Source of the DNA: Antedon mediterranea
Lineage: Eukaryota > Animalia > Echinodermata
Length of the DNA: 64,000 bases
Reading direction: 5' to 3'
Assembly: GCF_964355755.1 (NCBI RefSeq)
Contig: NC_092679.1
Span: 22,365,432-22,429,431, forward strand
The notes below the pieces were generated by a model, which was given only the letters and a program-made list of their open reading frames with translations, was not told the origin of the DNA and did no database searches. Shown in pieces: positions 11,601 through 26,600 of this stretch (the stretch's first letter is position 1; every line of letters begins with the position of its first letter). The position numbers were made by a program, and so were the translations under genes.

Positions 11601-14600
11601 CAGTTAATTTTTTACTCAAAATCAACAAACTTCTTTAGGCCAGAAAAAATAAAAATCCACCTACCTGGCGATGAATGTCAGTGGGGCCAAAGTCTCCATA
11701 GTCGATCCAACCTTGGTCGTCCATAAACATCACTTTGATGTCATCTAAATACCAAATAACAAAATTAAAAATGCTACTAGAAAAATTAATTTACACAACA
11801 TAAAAAACAACATTTTTACAATAAATAAAAACCTTTTAATATATAAGAGAAACAAGGAATATTACCTCGCTGAACTTTATCACACAAGATAAATAGTTCT
11901 TCATCACCTCTGACAGAGCAAGTTTTACGATCCACTCGGGCAATTTGCAATGTGGCGCCCTCTGTGGAAAAAAAACCCATTGATTTATGAATATAAACCA
12001 TGATAAGGCATCATATTAACCTAAGCCACAGTTAGTTGTGGCTGCCTTGGATTTGTAGAAAAACTATATGAGAGTTTCCTCAACTGATGATCAATAAAGA
12101 AATACTCACTTTTGTCAAAAACCGGTTGCGTTATGACTGGTTCCAACGGAATATTAGGTTGGTTCGGTGCATCATTATTGGCAATGTAAACTTGAAAACA
12201 AAGGCAGACGACGGTCAGGTCATATTCTGCCACAAGTTTCTTGGCGTCTTTGGTTGTCAGTGTAAAATTATTATAAGGGTCAATACCATTTCTTCCACGC
12301 TCCTCTAAAGCTGTAACAATTTCTTTCTTCTTGATGCACTGGACACCAAGGTTCTCAAACCTAAAAATAAAATTGTTTGAATAATTTTAAGGGTCGCTGA
12401 TAGATAGAATTTTTAGATACTATAGAAAACTTTTGGTTTTGTCTCTGTAGTACTGCATTTAACTCCTTTTTTGAGTTAAATTTGACCTGTGAAAACTGTG
12501 TTAGGGGAGAGATGAATCAACTTGTAGTCTTAAGCTCTGTCCAAACTTTATGTGACAACAAAATGTGATGTGCCCATATATGGACACAGTGTTGTCATAT
12601 CACTACCATATTTGAGCACATCACATTTTTTTTTGTCAAACTAGTTTGATAGTGTAGACAAAGCTTTATACGCTTTAATGGAGTGAACTCCTTATATCTG
12701 ATAGACATTCAACCCAGAATCATGAGAGAGCAACATGTATGAGTTCAAGATTTGTCTGTGCCCTCTTGTTTGTGTTCTTACACTAGCCAAATTTCATTAC
12801 TTCATCCTTAGGATGGGATGTTAAGCGGTTGATTCCATTTACATAAATATTAAGGATAAACAATTATTTTCTAAAAGATTAGGGGGTTGTCTTCCACACT
12901 TGTGGTACTCATGGTAGAGTGCCTGTTGCACTGTTACATTGCAACAGGCTCAAATATGGTAGTGATATGACATCACCATGTCCATTAAAAAAAATCTGAT
13001 TAGGTCATCTACAGTAGATGACCTAATCAGATTTTTTTTCATTTAATTGAGAACCATTAAAGACTGTATAAAGATTTATGTACATAGCTACATAGAAAAA
13101 GAATGGAGTAAATCAATTACTTCTGGGGTTTCTCTCCCTTTGTCCAGCTCTTCTTGCATATCCCATCTTTACAGTCTTTTCCAACGAGGCCGTGTGGATG
13201 TGGCCGAGGCTTGGACTGACCTTTCTCTCTCGTGACACAAGACACAACTACTCTTGCTGGTCCTTTATAATTCTTTATCTGTGAAAGAAAATAGTTTACA
13301 GAAAAGTAGTAAATGTTCAAAATACCGTAAAACTTTTGGGGCACCTCTATTAAGGAACACTTTCATGTCGAACAAACAAGGCAATATGTTTCTAAAATAT
13401 GACCAACCACTATATTAAGAGGACACCTTTGTCCTAAAAGTGTCCCCATAATAGGGGTTCTAATGTAATATAATATACTAGAAATTATCTCTCAATATTC
13501 GCACAAGCTCCGCCACCTTTGTAAATATGCAAATGAATAAATTTAAAATTAAATTATCTTCCATGAAGTCTGTGTAAATTGAGTTATCAAACTTGATGTG
13601 ACAAAAAAATGTGATATGCCCATATATGGACATGATGTCATATCACTACCATATTTGGGCATATCACTACCATATTTGGGCATATCACTACCATATTTGG
13701 GCATATCACACTTTTTCTTTGAACTAGTTTGATAGTGTAGACAGAGCTTCAAAATAATCATATAGTTGGAAGTAAGGAATTTTGTCTTCTTAATTTCGTG
13801 ATGAAAAAAAAATTGTTTAAAGAACTAACCTGAATCGTCGGGTAGGTTTTCTTATCTGATGATGAATTTTCACCAGGAATACTTCCAGCGGACCTTCCTT
13901 CACATTCATAACGGAATCTTAGTTCCTTCTGCTTCGGTTGTTCTACGATTTCGACATAGGGAGTATCTGGTTGAGGCGTACTTAGCCAAGTGTCTGAAAA
14001 TAGATGAAATAATACTATGGTATTTATTGAAATACTGTATTATTTAAACAAATATATGCACTGTATAATGTGGCAAATAATGACCTATTGTTTTAATTTC
14101 AAGTAGGTTTGACTTGCCACACAGGAGTGGAAATGGACACTGCTGGACAATAAAGAGAAACAAAAAACAGTGCTAATGAAAAATACCAATAGAAACCATG
14201 CAGTATTGCATACCTAGAGGGCAGCAAATAGAGTTCCCGCAAGCTAAAGGCCTAGCTAACAAAATTAGCCTAACTACTAGCCTACTACTACCACACTCTC
14301 TAGCTAGAGGCCTAGCCTAGCTAGGCTTGATCAGGACTGTGATCACACCAAGCAATACAGTACTAACCTTTATTAATAAACGTCCTTGATTTAAATTGAG
14401 AAGAACTCATTCTTTGGGTGAATTGAACAACCATGAAGGCATTCTAATAATCTAATGCTGTCTTTTTACTACACAATTACTGCACAAACCAAAATCTATT
14501 CAGGAAATCATGACAACATATACTAAAAATAATTTTCATGGAAATTCCAGCTAATGGACAGTTCCATTTTGAAATAGGGGTGTTCAACATAAATGTCTAT

Positions 14601-17600
14601 AAGTGCAAAATTAACAACAAAATTGTAATATTATTGATAAATTATACATTTGAAATGTAGTGTTATAAAGTATATCACACAAATCTAAAATGTTGAATGG
14701 TATCATTAATCTCTGATAGAACGCCTCAAACACACCACACTTGACATCAAACTGATAATGAAAACTACCATTATCATTTTAACCAATCACAGAAGTGATT
14801 GATGACATCATAATGTAAATAAACAAAAAGCAGGAAGTTATTACACAAAATACCATTTACCGGTACTCCATGAAAATACTATTACTGCATAATTATACAT
14901 TATCTTTAGCCAGCTATAGAGAAAAAGAACTCTATTTTAATTAACTTTAGCTAAAAATATTCCATTATTTCATACAAAATTACCGCAATGCAGTATTTAT
15001 CATAACTGCTATAGCTTTATGTAGGATTCAGATGCAATTATTATTAAACATCTTTTTTCTCAAAAGAAAATTAAGCTCAGTATTACTATATAATAAAAGC
15101 ATTAATATTATAATATAGTACATGGGAAGGTGTAATAGAAAAAAATAATAACACACAAAACCTATTTGCATCTATATTATAGAAGTTGGGAAAAATAATT
15201 AAAAACATTCATAAAATAATATTTATTTATGTTACAACTATTATTGCCAATGACTTATATTTTTATTTTCTTGCTTGTCACTTTTATTATATTAAAAAAA
15301 AAAAAAAAAAACAGCAAACATATTATTCACTTTATGGTAACACTGCCCTCTATCATTCCTAGTAGCTTATTGCAATATTCAGTTTTGTTTTCGGATTATG
15401 AATGAAATCTTTGGATTTGATATTTGTTATTGCGCAATCTTTGCTTTTCCTTTTTATTCAATATTATATTTTAGAAAACAGCAATGATAATACCCCCCTC
15501 TATTATTCCTAGTTGCTGATTGCAATATTCAGTTTTGTTTTCGATGTATGAATGAAATCTTTGGATTTGATATTTGCTATTGCGCAATACCGCATTGCCG
15601 TCTTTTGAGATTGCTTCATGTATGATAGTTAAACGGAAAGATTTTGACAGTGTGCATTGTACATGCAGGATATTGACACTGAATGGAATTAGAGTGTTCC
15701 TCAATCGAAAACCAATTGTACTTCAATTTTTTTATAGCTAAAAATAAAATGCTTTTTTTTGTAACTAAAATGTAATTATTCCTTTTACATGTGTTATTGG
15801 ATTTAGCTCTTGAACAATCTGCCTTTACATAATAGAAAATCGACATCCTTGGACAGTTTTAAGTCACTTCTAAAAACTGATTTTTCTTTTTGGAAACGCT
15901 GTGAGCAATGATCGTTGTAATGGCGCTTTAAAAATGGAACAATTGTTGATTTAATAGAAAATAAACACATAAATAATGCAGTAAATAAAATGAAAATGTT
16001 CTATTTTTACACAAGAAGCCGGTAAAAATTTGAGTGAGAAATCACGTCCAAATATCCCACGTACAGTATATGCACAATGAGTTAATTATACTGTAGGTCA
16101 TTGTAGGTCATTGTAGGTCATTGTAAATCGAAAGCTCTGTATAGTATCTTTTATTTAAAAAACTTATTTCTAATAGGTTTTAAATTTTAAAAAGATAACC
16201 ATTCTATTTAACACCTATATAAAGGCACACAATAATAACAATCCACTTGAAAATGCCATTCAGAAAATAGTAAACAAAGTATTTCAGATAAACACCCACT
16301 CAACTCAACTATTTGCAATATTAAGTACAAACTAATTTATATTCACTTGGTAAATTGAATGTTACACACAGTTTGTTTAGTTATTTCAGTTCATTATTCA
16401 TAGCCATTTGTTTGTATAGCTATAGACAGAATATACCTTAATGTTGCAGAGGGAGAGAGCTACATTAATGAATAAATTTGTTATTATTTATTTATTTACT
16501 TCCTCACTACCTCTGTTAGTGAAGGATCTGGACCAACAGGTGGTAAACACCTCTAAAACAGTTCAGTCCCAATTGAATAGTAGCTGTGTGTGACATCAGC
16601 GGCTGTGTTTGTGTGGACTAGTACACCGGGGTAACCCTCTACTCGTCTCAAAAGATGTACTAGGTTCTTTAGTGCACATGAACTATGTGTACACTGGACC
16701 TACGGTTTATAGTCCTTATCCGAGAAGACTCATTCTACTACCAGAACCATGGAGCGAGTGAGCCTCAAACCCTTGCCAATGTTATGGCTACGTAATTACG
16801 GTTCCACTGTCTTACTGCTCGGCCACTCACTAAATTACAACCAGACAATGAAAAAACAGTTAAAGAAATTGATGAAGACAGTTTACTTTTTTTTTTATTA
16901 AAAAAAAACAAGTGGGGTGTATATCATTATATTGGTACGTGACATGGGTCCCTGTTTCTGCTGTAAAATACTAACTGATTACTATTAACCATGTGAATAC
17001 ATTAATCCTAATTTCTTGGCAGCAGAAACAGGAAACATTTTCAATAACTAGTTGATTGGTGGGTGTTTCCATTCTATCATTTACTGTCGCATCTTGGACG
17101 GTTTGACCGCATGAGGACATTGCAATTTGGGTAATTAAAACCTTGGGACACTCCAATTCAGGAGACACCCTTATTTGGGGACAATAATTCATGAAATTAA
17201 AGAAGAAGAATATATACAGTAGCAACAGAGCCAACCTATTCAGAAGGGAACACTTTTTGGGGGGGGGGGGGGGGGGGTGTGTCCTGAAAGTGTCCCCTTA
17301 ATAGGAGTTATGCTGTGAGAAGTGAGCATGGAGAAATATTTGAAGAAAAAAAAAACAGAAATTGTTCCCAAATGGAAAGACAAAATAAAAGTAAATGACA
17401 AATACTAATGTCACATTTTAATGTTTTTTTATTTTCAGTAACTGCAGTAACTGCAGTAAAATAATTTTAACATGATCTCACAGGAAGAAGAAAGAGGAAG
17501 GAACCATGATTATAGACAACATAACAAAGATCTATGCTGATATCAAGGAAACAACATGACATAGGAACATGGAAAGAATTAAATACACGCACGCAATATG

Positions 17601-20600
17601 CATATCACATTTTTTGTCACATAAAGTTTCATAGTGTAAACAGAGCTTTAAAGTAATTGTTGTAATGGTAAGTTGTATTATAGGTCTCTACTGTATGATG
17701 TTGCTTTTACTTATGATTTTTTTTAAATGTTTTATTTATGGATCTTATGACACTGGTATTTTTACTTCAAATTTGATTCCTAAAAAAGTAGTCTGTATTA
17801 TTTGTGTTATTTATCGTTTAAATTTAACATTTTCTGTTTTGAAGACTTTCTTAAAGTAAATGCTATTGGTATCAAATGGTATAAAGGTACACTGTGTGTG
17901 AACCCCAAAAAAGTTCCCTAAAATAGTATGTCCCAAAGGAGGATTTTAAGGCTTCCAAAACTTTTCATTTTATTTCTGTCTTCTGTATCATATTTATACT
18001 AATAAATTGATGGTAACAAAACCTGTAATTTAAAATCATTATATCAACAATCAATATCATTATACAATATATTAAATGATGCTAATTTAGTCACTGGCCA
18101 AACAATTTCAATCTCAACAGCGAATTTTATCTTCTGTCAGCTAGGCCACAGCAATAACAAATATCTCCCAACCAATCATAAAGATGCACATCACCAACGT
18201 ATCATTTGATTGGTCATAATTTCTATTGCAATTAAATGTCTAGCGTTGTAGACAGAATCAAATGGAATGACCTTCGACCTATAAGCCCCTGCAATTCTGA
18301 GTAGGAACTGTTTACATATATTACTATGAATTCATTGATTTATGACAATATAACAAGTCCCAGGAAATCACTGAGTTCTAGGGAAAACGGATTACAACTC
18401 CTTTTATGGTGATAAGGGTCCATTGAGCCAATACACAAATATTTAATAATGATGCAATCTATATTTTGTTTGCAATTCAACAATGACAGACATTAAGTTG
18501 GAACTAATAATCTTTCATTTTTATACATAAACTTATAAAGTTATTCAAAAAGTCAAAATATTCATAATTCTAAATCAAAAAATTGATAATTGTTACTAGA
18601 TTACAGGGAATAATTCAAAATGAAATTTTTCCCTGGATTACAGTATAAAAATTAATGTCATTTGTTACTCAAATTTAAGGATATAAAACAAAAAAAAGCT
18701 TTGTATATTAATTGGTTTCAATTGATTTTTTGGTTCTGTAATGTTGTAGTAGTCTTTTAATTAAGAAATTTCTTCAAAATGTTAAATGTCTTTACTCAAC
18801 TACATACAATAATTAACTTAATTATCCTATTGGCTCGCTTATCTTACAAAATGTTGTTTCGTATTAGATTCTGGAATGAAATCTCGACCTCTGCTATGAA
18901 CTGTTGCGCAATACCATGTTGGCCTTCTTTGTATTTCTTCATGTTTTTCAACGGATATATTTGACAGCATTGAAGTATACAGGATGTTGACGACGCTAAT
19001 AGAAACTAGTGCATCGCATTCGTGAACTTTTAATTGGCTTATCAGTAGAACCCCTATTAAGGGGACACCTTTAAGGACCAAAAAAGTGTACCCTTAAGCT
19101 TTGATTGCACTGGATTTGTTCAAATTAACCAAGTCTCCAGCTAAATTAACAAATAAAAGTCCAATCCGAACTTGGCTACAATTCCCCCAAGGTTAAATCC
19201 AAGTCCAATAGTTACTTTTTACCAAACACTGTCTGTCCAGTAGAACTGGTTTTGGTAAAAAGCTAACCATGCTTGCTAGAAAGTTGCAATCCGAACTAAA
19301 ACAAATGTAATATGACTTTCACCATACGAGTCAATCGTAGTGTTTAGCAACATGGTTAAATTTTGGTAAAACTAACTGCATGAAATTATCCTAGTGCGAA
19401 CAATTGTCAAATTTACCGATGATCTTTACCTTGGTTAAATTGACGCTTTTTCAAGTCCAGTGTGAACAAGGCTTTAGTAGTGGTGTTGTCTGAATAGGCC
19501 TTTAGTGGCATATACTACGCCTTGTTCGTTTAACAGGAAAGTGCCCACTTAATATGTATTTCACTATTTTTAGATTTCTAGAATTTTTTCATACAATATA
19601 AGACCTATTAAGGGGACATCTTTGGACCAAGTGTCCCTTTAATTATAGATATGCCCCAAAGTTACAATACATTGAAAAGCATTAAACTTTACATCAAAAT
19701 TGAATATAATTTAATTACCCAGAGTTCTGAGTGTGTGTAAATAGCGACATGACATTATTATGTTGGCAACATAGTAAAGCCCCTCGTTAAAAAGAAAGTT
19801 CAAATCCCGGACGCGAAATTCTTTTTTATTTGAGTAATTTAATGAACTTTGGTACTATACAGATAACGGATAAATCATGTCTTTGATGATGGTGATACTA
19901 CTAGCAAAACTTATAATTGATATTAAAACACTACAAAGCATTTGACGCCAAACAGACATTGGTTAACAGATAGTTAAATTGCATTTCCGCAAACATGTCG
20001 GAATTGAACATTAACAAATTGAAAACTTTAAAATGCGTCATTTTTAATTGATTTAAAACCCATCGTGTCTTTATGAAAAAAGAGAAATAAACTGTATATA
20101 AGACGATAGATTGGGTTAGTACTTATTAATAATTTTTTCCAATGAAACCATTTTTTTTTAAACCAGTTTTTAAAACAGTTCCAATACATCAATCGAGACC
20201 TTAATCAATTGATGTTTTTAAAACAAATTTAAAGTTCAGATTACTATTGTGGTTTTTGTAAGGACATACACAAGACAATAACAACTTTTTTTAAATATGG
20301 TTTTAAAGCAGTTAAAGCAGGCCCACTGTCTATATCACTATTTTGATGAAATGTTTGTCCCCCTGGCCCCCTCCCCCTCCTTTAAAAAAAAAAATTGTTT
20401 TCATTTTATATGAAATGTCTAGCTGAATTATTTGAGTTTACAGCAACGCATTTTTTATCCGCATATTGTTTGTATGTTACTGTATGTTATTGTGTATTGT
20501 ATAGATATGCTGGTCAAATAAAACAAAACGAAACTTATGTTCCTGTGAGAAAACAGAACATGCTGTACAACAGTACACAGGATAACAATAACAGCCTGGT

Positions 20601-23600
20601 ATTGACATATCACCGTGCCGTGGCCGGCTGTAAACATTATGGGTTTACAGTAGATCAATGATTGATTGTCACTATGCATAGCAAACCGGAATTATTATTT
20701 GTATCAAAAATTGTGTACTGTACGTACTGTACACAATATGGATTCATTTCCACTGTATTATAATTCTAAAAGTACATTTTGCCAAAAGTGTTTGTAATTT
20801 GAGTAAAAACCCTTTCGTTCCGTTGTATCAGTTACCTATATCATATTAATCAATTTGTGCTGTTATTCAATGAAAAAAAATGGTTTCAATATTGAGTAAT
20901 AAAAGCAACAGTACTCTACAGTTAACTCCTTTAAAAATGTCATGGAACAAACAAGTTGAAAACGGTAAAAGAAATGTCTGAAGTTTCAAGAAATGTCAGA
21001 TGGTGGTTTGGAGGGTTAAATTTGACTGAACCTCTTATGGTTTAGTGACAAGGACACCCCCACAACTCGGTTTGGATTTTGGCATTACTAGATTTTTCTT
21101 AGGCCTACTTTCAACTACAGTAGGCTTATTATTAACTACAGTAGCTTAGCTCAGCTCATAATGATATTTACCTTTTTGTTAAAAAATTATCTCCAGTAAA
21201 AATCCTGGCTACGGACTTAATTAGTAGTTACTTAAAGTCAATTTTAATTTGGCAACTTTTGGTTCCTGAAGGTGTTCCCTTAATATTAGGCGTGTTCTTT
21301 ATTTATTACCCCTTGTTTGTTTCAAAAGAAAGTGTCCCTTAAATAGGTGTCCCAAAGGTCTACTGTATTTTTAATTTGCCAGTGTTTACTATTGTGCAGA
21401 CATTTGATGGCTGCATGCCGGATCTTTACATTAGAAGAAAGGTCGCCTGACCTACCGTGTCATGTTCAAAGTTGATGTGAGAAATCAGTGTTAATGGTCG
21501 ATAATTTAAACTGGAGACAACTTCCTTGATAACATTAATGTACTATGGAAATGTTGTTATAACGGAAAGTGCTACTTTAGAAAAAATTAATTATTCTTCT
21601 CAGTGAAATCACAATAGCCCAGCAGCTGGGGTAGTAAACGATTAGTTAACTAGAATTTTACACTCCAATGAAAATTATTATTGCATGAAATAATGGCATA
21701 CTAAATTTGACAATAAAACCACCTGATAGATCAGATATTGTAGTTAACATGATAATAGAAAGATTTGTATTGTATTGATATTTATACCAAAATGTGTAGT
21801 AAAATTGGGAGCATCTGTCGCTAAAAATCTTATGCGAGTATACTACTATACAGTCGGTTAGTATTACATCTAAATCCTTTGTATAAGCCCATGGGGTTAT
21901 ATTAGAACTGAATAGATGGGTAAAGTATGATACTGTTTTTCAATGACATACTTGATCTCAGTGGCTTATAAAGTAGACCCCCTCATTTGGGACACCACCC
22001 CTATTCGAGACACCAAACTATTCGAGACACCACCCCTATTCGGGACACCACCCCTATTTGAACTATCCCTATTGAAGTGATATTGAATAAGGGGATTTCA
22101 CAACAGCCGACCCCTTATTCAGGGATGACACGCCGTATAAAGGGGACACTTAGTTGTGGCCTGACGGTGTCCCCTTAATAGGAGTTCTACTAAATACCAA
22201 TTTTTAAACATGGTATGTAAACTTCCAATCATTTCAATCTGTTATCTTTCAATTAATGTGGCAATGGTTAGCTGTTGCATATCTGGTTCACCCAAAGTGG
22301 TCACTAATTGGAGGAGACTAAAACCATACTATTCAGAAGTTTCTTAAATAAGTATGTGAATGAATCTAATAATAGTGTTTAATGGTTTTAATGGTTTTAA
22401 ATTGATATGGCGCAAAATACAAATAGTCTCTATGCGCTGTTTAGCACAAGTGTGAAAATGAAAATCCTGATGTAAAGTAAACCACGAAATAGCCTAAGAA
22501 AACCGAATAAATTGACCAAGACAACAGAAAAAAAGTCCGCAAACGGAATCTCACATCACCACACTGTTTCACTAACTAAAGTCTTTAGTTAGTATAATGA
22601 AGCAAAATTGAAATGTTGCCAATTCAGTTTGGATTCTTCCGTTAATATTAATAAATATAATTCTATGTAAAAAAAAATGAACAATCACATGATGACAGAA
22701 ATGTTTTCCTATTGAAGGAAAGGATTATACAAGCTAATTTTAGTTCAATACTTCCGTGTGATATTTAAAAAGATAAATCAACATACATTAAAGGTTTTAC
22801 CGGAACTTTCTTTTATAATGATAATACCCGCTTTATATACTATTTAAACAGTGACTCTGTAGTTATACAATAACTTTCATCTCTTCTAGAGGCCCTTTGT
22901 TCATGTTAATATCTCTGTCAGCCAGCGCACAATTATTGTCCACAACTATGGTAAGATGGATCAGTACACTAGGGTAAACTCTTGCTCTTTTAAGACACGC
23001 GAGCCAGATGCATATACTAGATCTCCAGTTTTTAGTCCTTATCCGAAAAAAACTTGTTCTACCACCAGAAGTAATGGTCGAGGAGAGACTTGAACCTGTG
23101 CCAATTTTACAGCTATGATTTGTGGCGTCCCAGCATTTTTTAACCACTAAACTCGACAAATAGAAGTGTTGAAGACTATAAAATTTAACTGAATTTTACT
23201 TTATATTGAATTATTATTATTAATTGAAGAATATAATTTGAGATAATATAAATTGTTATCATCATATAATAATAATAATAATATTTTGTACCTCTTTAGG
23301 TTCACAAATAACATTTTCACAGAATACTGTCAAGATATAAAAATAATTTCGGGTAAAAATATTTTTAGTGAATTATCAGTATCATAAAATTTATTAATAT
23401 TGGACATATTAAAATTACTTTTTCAACCAACTACAGTATATATTGAGTGTACATTTATAATGATCATAAAACCATAATTTGTCATTTGTATTTATTTTAT
23501 ATACAAAAAAACAAATATATATTGTACTGTAGTTGATCAGGAAAAGTTTAAACTATAAACTGTTTATAAATTTAACAGGTGGCAATTTTCTAACCCATTA

Positions 23601-26600
23601 CCTAATCTAAATTGCTAAGTTTTTTTTGTATGTCAAAATATGTAGAAGTATTACTTAATGTATTATCAGAACATAACTTCCTCCCATATAAATTATATTT
23701 ATTTAAACGACCACAAATATGTTTACAAATGGTTTATTTGTTGGCCCAGTATTTCTGGTTATAGAAGCTTTTCACAGAAGACTTGTAAACTGAGAATCGG
23801 CTGTGTTCCGAGAATAGCCATTAATCACGCTGCTGTTGGCTTATGGGTTCAAAGGTCATTTGTAAAGACAACAACCAATAGAATTCAGCACAATTTTGTA
23901 TACCGTTCTGAGGGTTACGAATCAACAATGATAAATTTGGATAAAAAATAACGATATATTATTGACAACTGAACATCCATTTGATGTTATTTACATACAG
24001 TACTGTATTAATGATGACAATCAATTTTTATTTTATCATTCACTACAATACAAGGAAATTAGTTTATCAATATCATAGGCATAACAATAAATGACAAAAT
24101 GGGCGTTTTTTTAAGTGGGGTCAAAATTGCACAAACCCGAATTTAGATAATGGATAATTTAAAGCTCTACCACCAACTTTTTTTTAAATTATTGATATTT
24201 TATATGGCAAAAATTCTTTATTTCACCTACCTACTATAAACATACAGTTACTACTATATGATAGTCTATGGACAAAATTAGCATTGAATTCTAAACACTA
24301 GTGAATTAATTAGCTTTTTTCAAATACTTTATACAACAATCTATTTTGATTTAAATGTTATGGTTGGAATAGGCAGGAATTGAGTTGGAAATATGCAGGG
24401 ATTGTGGTAGGGTAGACAAGGGGGTAATGATGGGAGCATAGACAAGAGGTCATGGTGGATTGGCAGAGGTACAGTAATAGGCAGGGAAATTTATGAGAGC
24501 ATAGACAGGCGATTGTGGTAGGGTAGGAAAGAAGGGGGTAATAGTGGAAATATAGAGTGGGTTTGTTGTGGGGTAGACAGGGGTAATTGTGGTGAGAGTA
24601 GGCAGGGATAATTGTGGTGAGAGTAGACAGGGTAATTGTGGTGAGAGTAGACAGGGGTAATTGTGGTGAGAGTAGGCAGGGGGTCGTGGTGGGGTACAGT
24701 AGACAGGGGTTATTGTGGTGAGAGTAGGCAGGGATAATTGTGGTGAAAGTAGGCAGGGATAATTGTGGTGAGAGTAGGCAGGGGGTCGTGGTGGGGTACA
24801 GTAGACAGGGGTAATTGTGGTGAGAGTAGGCAGGGATAATTGTGGTGAGAGTAGACAGGGGTAATTGTGGTGAGAGTAGGCAGGGGGTCGTGGTCAATAT
24901 AGAAAGTGCCAAGTGTACACATGATATGAGAATTCATATCAACATAAAAAACAGAAATTGGAGGAACAGGAACAGAGGAACAGGAACTATTTTTTTGTTG
25001 ACATTACGTTGACATAAATTCTTTTTTTTAGTCTTTTTTTTGTGCAAGGATTTATAATCTACTGTATCCTTTCCTTTTTTTTGGTACTGATGACAAATAT
25101 GTGGGGGGGGGGGGGGGAAGAAAGATGAGGGGGGCTAGCCGGGAGTCGGCGGAAGAGACTCACATGTTTATAAGAATATTGTAGCGTAGCGTGTGAAAGC
25201 TTGAGTTCAACTTGACAATATCGGGGGTGCGACATACCTATACTTTAGCCAAGGACCACAATAGCGTTCCAGGCAATAATAACATGATTACCTGCCCTTT
25301 CTATGACGAAATGGATGCAATTATTGGGGATTGTGCTTTGCGAAAAAAGTAAACATGACCTCGATCCAATCACGCTTCTGCCTAACTAACTGCATTGTGG
25401 TATATAATGACATCATTCATAACGAACGCATATGAACAAAACCCGTTTTTATTTGAGAAAAAATTGAGCTGCAACGCGATCTTTATTTATAAACAACTGC
25501 CGAAACCCCCATGGGTTACTATTAGAGTCACAACAACTTACGATGCAGCCGTATTTTGAAAATAAGGAGATAATGCATGTTGACCTCGGGAGTGGGGAAG
25601 GATTGAGTGTTTATGAGTTTATAAAATAAAGTTAGAGTTCAACCAAACTGGTTTATTCATACTGTTTTATCATTTTGCAATGAGTTGCGGACCAGAAAAG
25701 TTGGGTGGGTTACTATTTCTAGGTGCCTAATTTAAGATTAGTAATAGTAACCCACTACTCTAATAGTAACCCACCCTAAAAAACAATCAAAGAATAATAA
25801 CCCAGGGTTACAATTAGAAGATTTACGGTACACTATTACAATGTGATATGATCAAAACAAACAACTAATTTTATAAACTTTTTTACTCATTGTGCAATTT
25901 GGGATTGGACCGTTCTAGAGGTGTTTACCACCTGTTGGTCCCATCCTTCACTGAATGTACTCTGTTCTTTATATATGTTTTGTCTTTTTCTTTCTTTGTA
26001 TGTACATTTTGTGAGAATTTGAATAAAAAAAAATACTCAAAATACAACTGCAAACAAAGATCTAGCGAGTTCCTTTCTGACATCTGCTTCCGTTTACTTT
26101 TTTTTATTTATTTTTTTTTTGCCATGTGTTTCTTATCATAAAACAAAGGCAGTTTAAACACAAAAATAAAAACACACTCTACTCAAAATTTCCAACCATT
26201 TTTCAAAAAATAAAAATAAATAAATACATAGAATAATGAAAGCATTGTCCTCGAAAAACATGAAAAAAAAAAAATTTATAATTTAATTAGATTCTGATTC
26301 TGAAAAAAAAAACCAACAGAAATAACGATTTCATTTAAAAATAATATTATAATAAATTAACCAAAAAACTCTGACTAACTTGATTTGACTAAATTTTGGT
26401 TTAGTTTAAAGTTGTTTCTGATAATTTATTTTTTTATTGATCCAATTTTTGGTCAAAGTGAATAACTATTGTACAGTAATACGAAAAAAGCATATTTAAT
26501 AAAAAAAGTTTTATAAAATATTTTAAAATCTTTAAAAACTTCTTAACATAATTGCATAAACTGTTAAATAATCCAACAACAATGAAGGTAAATAAATAAA

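Noticed and set aside
13100-13160. Possible frameshift in Rel exon (alternative frame [11 protein letters not shown])
   Set aside because: The annotated frame already joins the next exon in phase through AA|GTAATT, so no frameshift is needed.
18850-18930. Minus-strand peptide ending ISFQNL, suggesting a duplicated Rel exon
   Set aside because: The surrounding residues do not match the RHD, no suitable splice sites were seen, and it lies upstream of the first RHD exon inside a dispersed repeat.
24358-24937. 184-aa and 75-aa repetitive ORFs
   Set aside because: They are translations of the G-rich minisatellite.
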